From contig CAVRDB010000003.1 of NCBI GenBank assembly GCA_963719625.1, positions 118,870 to 182,869 of the forward strand: a stretch of DNA of 64,000 bases, written 5' to 3'. This stretch comes from an uncultured Acidobacteriota bacterium (GTDB lineage: Bacteria > Acidobacteriota > Terriglobia > Terriglobales > Acidobacteriaceae). Below, one piece after another: positions 9,773 to 18,325 of the stretch; position 1 is the stretch's first letter; each line of letters begins with the position of its first letter. The notes beneath the pieces are model-generated. The model ran no database searches. It was given only the letters and a program-made list of their open reading frames with translations, and had not been told where the DNA came from. A program made the translations under genes and the position numbers.

Positions 9773-10900
9773 TCAAATCAGTTTCTCTTGCTTTTCCTGC
9801 TGCAGTTGCTTGACCAGCTTACCAACGTCCTGGCATCCGCCGCGGGTTGTGATCAGCAGAACGTCTCCATCTTCGACGACGACTAAATTTTCCACGCCCA
9901 CCAGTGCTACATGTTTTTGCGGTGCATAGACGTAGTTGCCGTGGGATTCCAACAGACTCTCTGTCGAAGTTTCCATCACATTCTCGCCGGCCTGTACATG
10001 CTGGCCATACGAAAGTTTATGCTCGTACAGCGCAGCCCAGGAGCCCAGATCGTTCCACCCGAAATCCGCAGGCAGGCAATACAGGTTCGAATGAAGCTCA
10101 CCCTTGGCCGAGCGAGGTTCAATAATTGCGTAATCGATGCTGATGTTCTGGCACTGTGGGTAGAGTTTTTCTAAGGTCGACGCGAATTCCACCGTCCCGA
10201 AAGCCTTTGCAATTTCCTCCAGATACGGGGCTGTGTCCGGAAGATGTTCGCGGACAGCATTGGCCAGCGTGCGCGCCGTGGCCAAAAACATTCCACTGTT
10301 CCAAAAATAATTGCCCGATGCCACAAACTCCCGGGCGCGTTCCAGGTCCGGCTTTTCCGTGAAGCGCCGAACCCGTAGCGTGGACGCATCCAGTTTCTCG
10401 CCGGTCTCAATATAGCCATATCCGGTTTCCGGATGGGTCGGCTTCACTCCCAGCACGATGATGTTGTCTCCCGCGGCCGCTAGACGGCAACCAGCCCGCA
10501 GGATTTGTGCAAAACCCTCCGCATCCTCGATCGTGTGGTCCGCGGGAAACAGTCCCAGCACCGCATCGGGCGCTTCGCGTTCCAACAGGAATGCAGCCAG
10601 CCCCGCTGCGGGTGCCGTGTTCCTGGATACGGGTTCTGCCAAAATCTGCGCAACCGGAACCCCGGGCAGTTGCGCTGTCATAGTGGGGAGCAGCAACTCA
10701 TTCGTCAGGACCCAGATGTGCTGAATAGCCGCGAGTGGGAGCAGTCGGTCCACGGTCTGCTGCAACATGCTGCGCTCGCCATCAAGCGACAGTACCTGCT
10801 TCGGATGGCTGCGTCGGCTTCGCGGCCAAAAACGGGTGCCGCTGCCACCGGCAAGAATGAAGGGTCGAAAATCCATGATCGGATTCAAGGTAGGTTTCAT
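9773..10900 (-). CDS. manC: Mannose-1-phosphate guanylyltransferase
   Basis: 375-aa ORF. Nucleotidyltransferase signature FILAGGSGTRFWPRSR. The real start could be the internal MDFRPF. Confidence 0.8.
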   Translation of the reverse strand: MKPTLNPIMDFRPFILAGGSGTRFWPRSRRSHPKQVLSLDGERSMLQQTVDRLLPLAAIQHIWVLTNELLLPTMTAQLPGVPVAQILAEPVSRNTAPAAGLAAFLLEREAPDAVLGLFPADHTIEDAEGFAQILRAGCRLAAAGDNIIVLGVKPTHPETGYGYIETGEKLDASTLRVRRFTEKPDLERAREFVASGNYFWNSGMFLATARTLANAVREHLPDTAPYLEEIAKAFGTVEFASTLEKLYPQCQNISIDYAIIEPRSAKGELHSNLYCLPADFGWNDLGSWAALYEHKLSYGQHVQAGENVMETSTESLLESHGNYVYAPQKHVALVGVENLVVVEDGDVLLITTRGGCQDVGKLVKQLQQEKQEKLI

Positions 10901-10998
10901 CGTAAACGAAAACGCTCTGCTAGACCTGAAACAGACAACCGGCTTGCAGCAAATTCATTCTGCTTTAGAAAGGTCGCGGCTGCGAAGCATCCGCGCAA

Positions 10999-11987
10999 TT
11001 ATTCTGGGATTGCCCGCAGGATTTCCATCGGCTCCGTGGATGTCAAGCTCCATTCCGAGCTGCAAGCGGGCACCACTGCAAGTTCTCCTCGGCGAACCAG
11101 AATCGGCGCCTCGCCCTTCGACTGAATCGCGCCCGCGCCGGCGGCAACGAAAATCAACTGCACCGAGCCTGACTGCGATTGCCTGCCTGCAGGAAGAGAA
11201 AAATGCTCTGTGATATTCGCATCGGCCAGTCGGATTCGATCGACACAAAAATATTTCGACTGCAATAGCAGCTCTCGGCTTTCGCGGTTGGATTGCCCGG
11301 AACCAGAAGATTCCACCTTGTGTGGCACCGGCCCTGCTTCCGTGTGCAGGCGAATGGCCTGCAGACCGTCTTTCAGGTGTAGTTCGCGAGGGCGCCCGTA
11401 GTCATACAGTCGGTACGTCATGTCAGAGTTTTGTTGCGTCTCCAGCAAGACGACGCCAGGAAAAACGGCATGCACCGTGCCCGCGTCGACGAAAATCATC
11501 TCGTCTTTTTTCACCGGAACCGACTGCAGTAAATTCTCCAGAGTATGGTTCGCGATGGACTCCTCGACCTGCGCCAATGTCGTGCCCGGTTGTAGCCCCA
11601 GCGCTACCGTCGCCCCTGGCTCGGCTTCCAGCACGTACCAGCATTCTGTTTTCCCGTGAGGCTCGCCATGTTCGCGTGCCATAGCATCCCCAGGATGCAC
11701 TTGCACGCTCAGCTTCTCCCGAGGGAAAAGAACTTTCATCAACAGCGGAAAACGTTCCTGGAAATGAAGTGTTGGACCGAGCAGATCATCCTGATATTGA
11801 TGGAAGACCGCAGAAAATTTTTCGCCGGTCAGAGGACCCGTATCGACGATACAGTCGTCTCCACTCAGCCAGACTTCTCCAATCGGCTCGCTGCCGGCCT
11901 TGAGTCGTACCAGGGAGCGAGGTTCCGCATGCCCCAAACCATGGGACGAAACCAGGGACGCAGACGGAAAGGCGACAGTCTCGGCAT
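10999..11987 (-). pseudogene. manA: Type I mannose-6-phosphate isomerase, interrupted by a 1-nt frameshift near the 5-prime end (probably an assembly error)
   Basis: Main ORF 10999-11937 carries QVHPGD...GKTECWYVLEAEPGA. The family-typical N-terminus MPRLSPFRLRPWFRPMVWGMRNLAPWYD (ATG 11985-11987) is in another frame. One missing base around 11903-11912 joins it to LKAGSEPIGEVWLSG. Confidence 0.8.
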
Positions 11988-12012
11988 GGCAGATGAGTGA
12001 GAGTGAGCTGAA

Positions 12013-13210
12013 TCAGCCTAACTTTGCGAAGAAAGCCTTCATGCGCTTCAGCCCTTCGTCAATATCGGCATGCGACACGGCATACGACAGACGAATGTGA
12101 TCATTGGTGCCGAATGCCTCACCCGGCACGGTCACCACATTGGCCTCATGCAGTAGCCGCGTGGCCAGATCGGACGCACTGCTCACCTTCCCCTTACCCA
12201 GGAACGAAGAAACATTGGGATACACATAGAATGCACCCTCAGGCACGGTGCAGCGAACGCCAGGAATCTCGCGCAGTCCCGCCAGAACCTGATCGCGCAA
12301 GGAAATGTAGTCCTTGCGCATGTCCTCCACACACTGCTGCGAACCTGTCAACGCGGCGACTGCGGCTTTCTGCACAAAGGCGGCCGCGGAGGAAGTGCTT
12401 TGACTTTGCAGCTTCGAAATGGCCTGAATAATCGGCTTCGGCCCCAGCGCAAAACCGGCGCGCCAGCCCGTCATTGCATAGGTCTTCGACAGCGAACCGA
12501 GCACTATCACATGCTCCTTAGCAGTCGGTAAAGCTACCACCCGAAATTGGCACACCTGTGTATTGCAGATAGGCGTAACACTCATCCAGCAGCACATAAA
12601 TGCCGCGCGCATGAGCCAGCCGAACCACTTGCTCCAGATCCTTGGGCGCAATCACCGCGCCAGAAGGATTCGAAGGAGAATTCAAAATGATGGCCTTGGT
12701 GCGCGGCGTGATGGCCTGCTCAATTGCGGCAGCGGTGATACGGAAATTTTCCGCCTCGTTGGTTTCCAGATAGACCGGCGTGCCACCGGCAAACTGGATG
12801 ATGTCCTTGAAGGAAACCCAATACGGAACCGGCAGCACCACTTCATCGCCATGGTCCACCAGCACGTTGATTGCCTCGAACAAGGCAAGTTTGCCGCCCG
12901 TAGTGAAGATCGCTTCGTCGGGCGTATAGTTCGATCCAAAATCCGCCGCGTGGCGCTCAACGATCGCCTTACGCAACTCAGGAATACCGCTCACCGCGGT
13001 GTAGCGCGTAAAGTTCGCTTCAATTGCAGCAATCGCGGCGTCTTTGATGTGACGTGGCGTGGCAAAGTGCGGCTCACCCGCTCCAAAGTCCACCAGGTTG
13101 ATACCCTGGGCACGCAACTTGGCAGCCTCTGCAGTCACGGCCATGGTCGCGGAAACCTCAATGCGATTGACGCGGTCGGCAAAGATCTTCTGAGCAACTG
13201 AAGTGGTCAT
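12013..13210 (-). pseudogene. Class-I PLP-dependent (aspartate-type) aminotransferase, split by a 1-nt insertion (probably an assembly error)
   Basis: ORFs 12518-13249 and 12013-12651 are the two halves. Upstream frame reads ...YTGVPISGGSFTDC then TAA. Removing one base near 12520 gives SFTDCKEHVIVLGSLSKTYAMTGWRAGF, the PLP-lysine SxSK region. Start placed at ATG 13210 (MTTSVAQKIF). Confidence 0.85.
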
Positions 13211-13308
13211 AATATCTATAGTTTCGCAGAGATGGCGGGGTAAGGGCAATTCTGTTCTGCAGACCTGCGGTGCAAATCTTGTCGAAGGCCGACGAATCGT
13301 GCAGCAAA

Positions 13309-13854
13309 CTAGTTTTCGGGCTCGATTGGGCCTTTGGAAATTCGCGAGCGCAGGCGCTCTACAACGGTCGGAGGCACCAGTCCTTCCACCGATCCACCTA
13401 GCCGGAACACCCCCCGTATCAAGCGAGAGCTGACGTAGGAATATTGTTCTGCCGGCATCATGAAGACTGTTTCCAACTCCGGTGCCAGGCGGCGATTCAT
13501 CAACGCCATTTGCAGCTCATACTCATAATCGCTGATCGCACGGATACCGCGCAGCAAGACCTGTGCATGCTGCAGACGTGCAAACTCAACTAATAGCCCG
13601 TCGAACGTGCTGACCGAAACGTTGTCGAATTCCCGCGTGGTTTCCTTGATCATGTCCACCCGCTCCTGCACGGAAAAGATGGGCTGTTTTTCGGAGTTGT
13701 TGAGGATGGCCACAACCAGGTGGTCGAAGATTCTGGAGCCACGGGCGATCAGGTCAAGATGACCGTTGGTGAGCGGATCGAAGGTGCCAGGATAAATTGC
13801 GCGAACGGTATTCACGACACATTGGATTGTAAGGGGCTGAAGTTGAACGCGCAA
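13309..13854 (-). CDS. coaD: Phosphopantetheine adenylyltransferase
   Basis: AIYPGTFDPLTNGHLDLIARG (T/HxGH motif) and ISDYEYE...SSRLIR. The true start may be the GTG at 13815 rather than the TTG at 13854. Confidence 0.88.
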   Translation of the reverse strand: MRVQLQPLTIQCVVNTVRAIYPGTFDPLTNGHLDLIARGSRIFDHLVVAILNNSEKQPIFSVQERVDMIKETTREFDNVSVSTFDGLLVEFARLQHAQVLLRGIRAISDYEYELQMALMNRRLAPELETVFMMPAEQYSYVSSRLIRGVFRLGGSVEGLVPPTVVERLRSRISKGPIEPEN

Positions 13855-13871
13855 TTAAATCGCGCCGCAAT

Positions 13872-13904
13872 GCAAAAGGGCGGCCATCTTCGAGATGACC
13901 GCCC
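13872..13904 (-). terminator. Rho-independent terminator downstream of recA
   Basis: Minus strand reads GGGCGGTCATC-tcgaa-GATGGCCGCCC followed by TTTTGC. It is an 11-bp stem with one G-U pair on the minus-strand RNA (a C-A mismatch on the other strand), 28 nt after the recA stop. Confidence 0.7.
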
Positions 13905-13931
13905 TACCTTGCACCGCTGATAAAAATTGCC

Positions 13932-15016
13932 TTACTTCTTTCCCGCCGCCTTCACCACTTCCTGCGCGGCAACCGCTCCGTTCACCGGAATGGGCGGAAT
14001 CTCGGGCACATCGCTCTTGCCAGCGATGCCCAGCTTCTTCCGCAGCTCCGTATCCACCCGGGCAAAGATGTCCTTGTTCTCCTTCAGAAAGGCCGGACAT
14101 TCTCGCGGCCCTGGCCGATGCGCTCGCCCTGAGTAGCTGTACCACGCGCCGCTCTTGTCCACGATGTTGTGCAGCACCGCCAGGTCCAGCACGTCGCCCT
14201 CGCGCGAGATGCCTTCGCCATACAGAATGTCGAACTCCGCGTCGCGGAACGGCGCCGCCACCTTGTTCTTCACGATCTTTACCTTGGTCCGCGAACCCAC
14301 CACAACATCGCCCTCCTTCACCGCGCCGATGCGCCGGATATCGATGCGCACCGAGGAGTAAAACTTCAGCGCCTTGCCGCCGGTCGTCGTCTCCGGATTG
14401 CCAAACATGACGCCAATCTTCTCGCGGATCTGGTTGATGAAGATCAGGCATGTGCGCGACTTCGAGACCGTTCCCGTCAGCTTGCGCAGCGCCTGGGACA
14501 TCAGCCGCGCCTGCAGCCCCATGTGCGAATCGCCCATCTCGCCATCCAGCTCCGCCTTCGGCACCAGCGCCGCCACCGAGTCGACCACCAGCACGTCGAT
14601 CGCACCCGAGCGCACCAGCGCCTCGACAATCTCCAGCGCCTGCTCGCCGTAGTCCGGCTGGGTGACCAGCAGGTTGTCGATGTCCACGCCCAGCTTCTTC
14701 GCATAGGCAGGATCGAGCGCATGCTCCGCATCCACAAACGCCGCCAGCCCGCCCGCCTTCTGCGCCTCGGCAATAATCTGCAGCGTAATCGTCGTCTTGC
14801 CCGAAGACTCCGGCCCGAAGATCTCAATCACGCGCCCCCGCGGCACCCCGCCCACACCCAGCGCCGCATCGAACGAGATCGATCCGGTCGAAATGACCGA
14901 AATCGGCACAACGCCTCTTTCGACCCGAGCCGCATGATCGAGCCCTTGCCAAACTGCTTTTCAATCTGCGCCAGTGCCAGATCAATCGCACGTGTGCGTT
15001 CTTTATCGTCTGCCAT
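13932..15016 (-). pseudogene. recA: Recombinase RecA, interrupted by a 1-nt deletion after codon ~35 (probably an assembly error)
   Basis: ORF 14828-15016 gives [35 protein letters not shown], then leaves the frame. ORF 13932-14909 continues (V)[39 protein letters not shown] (Walker A). Only 2 nt lie between GCG(A) and GTG(V) at about 14909-14913. Confidence 0.92.
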
Positions 15017-15106
15017 TTCTAAACTCCGGGGGCTGAATTGGAATTGAATTGCCGTGCCAGGCTGCGACCGATGCTCGGTATCGAATCCACTTTGGTTACT
15101 GGCGGG

Positions 15107-15147
15107 ATTTTAGCACCAAATTGGGAAAGGGCGAAACAATAGCGAAC
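15107..15147 (-). promoter_or_regulatory. Candidate recA promoter (extended -10 TGcTAAAAT) with a LexA-box-like direct repeat GTTC-N7-TTTC
   Basis: Minus strand reads aaatGTTCgctattgTTTCgccctttcccaatttggTGcTAAAATcc. GTTCN7GTTC is the LexA box I recall being reported for Acidobacterium and Alphaproteobacteria; this copy has one mismatch. Located 91-131 nt upstream of the recA ATG. Confidence 0.35.
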
Positions 15148-15187
15148 ATTTTTCCCTCGTTTTTTACACTAAAGTAATAAAGGCTCC

Positions 15188-15706
15188 TTATGGTCCGTAC
15201 AATTCTTCCTCGCTGACGACGGCTTCCGTGCCATCCTGTTTCGCGGTGCGCCGAGCCGCGCCGAACATCGCGCCACGAGCAGGTTTCACTGGAGCGAAAC
15301 GCATAAAGCCAATTGGCTGTGGAACGTCGTCATAGATCGCTTCCATTCCGCCCTGCATCAGGTATGTCTCGTGCCAGAAGCCCGTGCCCCCTGAATTCCG
15401 AAGAAAGTTCTTCCACCACTGGCGATGCGGATCAGAACGCGTCCAGGACAGAAGCGACTCCATATCGCGCCAATACTGCCGCATCCCCACATGCATGGGA
15501 AACATGGAAAAGAGGAAATTCTCATGCACCAGCAACCCTTCGGGCTGTGCAGCGACAGAACTCGAAATCTTCGGTCCAAATCCAAACAATGTCTTCAGGC
15601 CCGTGACGCGATTTACCCGCATTCCAAGATAGATCACCACCAGGTTTGGATATTGCGAAAGATCCACGGTTCGACGATTGACGGGTGTAGGCATACTCTC
15701 ATGCAA
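15188..15706 (-). CDS. DUF4188-like protein
   Basis: 172-aa ORF. VVIYLGMRVNR...MRQYWRDMESLLSW...GFWHETYL matches my recollection of the DUF4188 family pattern. Confidence 0.6.
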   Translation of the reverse strand: MHESMPTPVNRRTVDLSQYPNLVVIYLGMRVNRVTGLKTLFGFGPKISSSVAAQPEGLLVHENFLFSMFPMHVGMRQYWRDMESLLSWTRSDPHRQWWKNFLRNSGGTGFWHETYLMQGGMEAIYDDVPQPIGFMRFAPVKPARGAMFGAARRTAKQDGTEAVVSEEELYGP

Positions 15707-15786
15707 CCTTCATGTTCATTGTGCCTCTTCCAGCGATCTTCCGCTATCGTCCCATAGCCAAATTGCAGTGTGACACAACACCCTTT

Positions 15787-16424
15787 TCAAGTTCCCACGA
15801 CTTTAGGAAGGTTCCAATGTTGCCAGACGGCAAACATCCGTAAAGCAAAGCAGGCCACCGCACCGAGGCCCGTGGCCAGCACGGGACGCATCCTCAATTT
15901 CAGACCTACGACCATGACCGTCGCCCCTAGCAGTGCGGCCGTTGCATAAATGTCAGAATGCAGGACCGTTGGTACGCGATTCAGCAGGACGTCGCGAATT
16001 GTCCCTCCACCGACACCCGTAATTCCTCCCATCAAAACGGCCAGCATTGGATGAATATGAAAGTCCAGCGCTTTGGCCGCCCCCGCAACCGCAAACAGGG
16101 AGAGCCCTGCCGCATCGGCGGTAAGGAGGAACGATGCGGGTATATGGCTCACACTGCTATGCCGGAGAAAACGAATCCCGCCGCAATAAACGCCGTTGTC
16201 GGATAGCGCCAGTCGCGGATTGCATTTGGAGGCACTGCGCCAATGAGAAGGTCGCGAATGATTCCCCCTCCCAACGCCGTTGCAAACGCCAGCACCATCA
16301 CCCCCAGCAGATCCAGGTCTCCCTGGACCGCCGCGATAGCTCCTTCAAGGGCAAACACAAAGGTGCCCAGTAGATCGACGATCAACAATAGCCGGGCGGA
16401 ATCGTATTTCACGCGCATTTCCAT
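15787..16424 (-). pseudogene. TRIC/UPF0126 (YadS-like) cation channel, read as two half-size ORFs; a frameshift is likely at the junction
   Basis: ORFs 16149-16424 (GGGIIRDLL repeat) and 15787-16152 (GGGTIRDVL repeat) each hold one UPF0126 repeat. Family members normally carry both in about 205 aa. The junction ...FVFSGIAV-TGA / GTG-SHIPASFLLTADAAGL is offset by one base. Confidence 0.7.
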
Positions 16425-16514
16425 GCAGTCTACATTGCAGTTGAAGGCAAAAATGACAGAACTGGCGATCGCTGAATGCTATGGCGGCACCGATCTATAG
16501 ATAAAGAAATTTGC

Positions 16515-18119
16515 TTACCGCTGCAGCGGATCCACCGGCAGGTTGACATCCGTGATGCGAAAATTCTGCGCCAGTACAGGATGCCGTTTGGCAATCGCTT
16601 CATACATCTCCCAAGCCACGCGGCGATAAGAGATGTGCCCTTGCGGCGCGCTGCGCAACTCAGCGATATACAACGCTTCGGCAAAATCCATCTTGAACAG
16701 CGACCGGCAGCGTGTTCCTAACGGCAACACGTATTGCGCCGTCGCATTCGCCTCTGGAATATTCGCCTGCGATAGATGCCCAAACGCGGCATGAGCCTCT
16801 CGCAGAGCTTGTTCATACGACTCGCGCAGATCGGTCGCCGCGGCGACTTCCAGCAGCTCGGGAACTTCATAGCCATGCGCACTGGTAAAGCTTTGTATCG
16901 TCTGCACGCAACGGCGATGCCGATGCATGTCGCGAAAGCCGCCAATATCCATGAGAATGTCGAAGCGAAATTGATAGCCGGAAGAGAAGGCGCGCAGCAA
17001 TTCGTCGTGCCGTCCACGATGCCGCGTGCCAAGGGCGAGCAACTCATCGCGGCGGGTGATATCAAGCGCACGGACGTGGTCGCGAATCTGGCGATACGGA
17101 TAATGGCATGCCCCGTAGAGCAGCGTCGTCACAATTTCGATCTCAATCGATTCCTGTTCGCCGTGGTTGCCGTCAAAGTGGTTCTCCACCAGGTCGACCA
17201 GCGGCGAAGGCTCGATGGGAGCCTGCTGCATCAATTCCTGCGCCGCCTGTTCCAGATCGACACGAGTCTTCTGCATGTACTCAACCGGAGCTGCGTATTT
17301 CACCAGCGTGGGAGCAACCGCGACTTCGCGCAACAGCAACTCCCCGGCACGCTCGCCGAGCGCCGGATCTATGGCGGCAATGTCACGCTGCAACGCTTCC
17401 AGTGCCGTGCGTTGCACGTTCCAGCAAGGAGTAGCCGCAGCTTCGCGGAGTTTTTCTCCCAACGTGCGAACTTCTGCGTGGGGTTGCGATAACAGCCGGG
17501 ACACCTGTGTCTCCAGGGTGCGGGCGTTCACAATCTCGCCCAGAGAAGTGTTCGCGGCCAGCGGCAAAAGATACCGGGCTCCATCGAATGCGCGCGCGCG
17601 CAAAGTGCGCTCGTACGCCTCCTGCTTCATTTCATCCGGCTTGGGAACCTGGGCCCGTAGCAACTCGATGGCGCCACGGGAAATCTCCTCATACGCGGCA
17701 AATAGCTTCTCAATATGTTCCGTATACAGCTGCCGGGCCTCTCCATTGGAACCAAACGCAGGCAGATACCAGCCGCTTTTCTTGAAATCCTGATAACGGG
17801 TGGACCGCTCCTGTCCATCCCACCGTTGCTCATCCACCAGCACAATGGCCGCCAGCAACGATAGCCGTTCCACAGCCAATGCGATGTGGGCCAGGTCGGC
17901 GATGGAACGATGTCCATACTGGAAATAAAATGTGTTCAGGAACTGTTCGGCCCGCTGCGCGTTCAATTCGCGCAGGGACTGCTTCATGGAAAGCGCGGAC
18001 CGGGAATATTTCGCCATCGCATAGGCCAGTACCTCTGGGTCTGCGCCGTGGATAGCATAAACTTCAGTCGCGCTGGCATCGGGATCGAGGGAGGCAGGAA
18101 GTGGATCTTCGGGAGACAT
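16515..18119 (-). CDS. thyX: FAD-dependent thymidylate synthase, long (about twice normal size) form
   Basis: 534-aa ORF. LAYAMAKYSRS, FYFQYGHRSIADLAH, QERSTRY in the N-terminal half. RHR(X)7S signature HRHRRCVQTIQS in the C-terminal half. Confidence 0.75.
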   Translation of the reverse strand: MSPEDPLPASLDPDASATEVYAIHGADPEVLAYAMAKYSRSALSMKQSLRELNAQRAEQFLNTFYFQYGHRSIADLAHIALAVERLSLLAAIVLVDEQRWDGQERSTRYQDFKKSGWYLPAFGSNGEARQLYTEHIEKLFAAYEEISRGAIELLRAQVPKPDEMKQEAYERTLRARAFDGARYLLPLAANTSLGEIVNARTLETQVSRLLSQPHAEVRTLGEKLREAAATPCWNVQRTALEALQRDIAAIDPALGERAGELLLREVAVAPTLVKYAAPVEYMQKTRVDLEQAAQELMQQAPIEPSPLVDLVENHFDGNHGEQESIEIEIVTTLLYGACHYPYRQIRDHVRALDITRRDELLALGTRHRGRHDELLRAFSSGYQFRFDILMDIGGFRDMHRHRRCVQTIQSFTSAHGYEVPELLEVAAATDLRESYEQALREAHAAFGHLSQANIPEANATAQYVLPLGTRCRSLFKMDFAEALYIAELRSAPQGHISYRRVAWEMYEAIAKRHPVLAQNFRITDVNLPVDPLQR

Positions 18120-18302
18120 ATTTTCGTGACCAATCTGTTTGCATCGTGTATCAGGAAGTCGACTTTCAGAGTATCGCAGGCGAATCCCGGCGTGTCATAA
18201 AAGAGGCGATCTTGAGCTTTTGATACGGCGAGCGTAAAAGCAGGTAGTATGCGATGGTGGTGCCTCGCGGCCAGCGATGGGGCCGAGGCATTTTCATCAT
18301 AG

Positions 18303-18324
18303 CGGACCAAATTCGGACCAAATT
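18303..18324. repeat. Perfect 11-bp tandem direct repeat (CGGACCAAATT x2) abutting a start codon
   Basis: agCGGACCAAATTCGGACCAAATTCatg read directly. It ends 1 nt before ATG 18326. Confidence 0.9.
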
Positions 18325-18325
18325 C

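Noticed and set aside
8834-9886. 350-aa + ORF opposite the phosphomannomutase gene
   Set aside because: Antisense shadow ORF. There is no start context and no motifs, and it fully overlaps a strongly supported gene.
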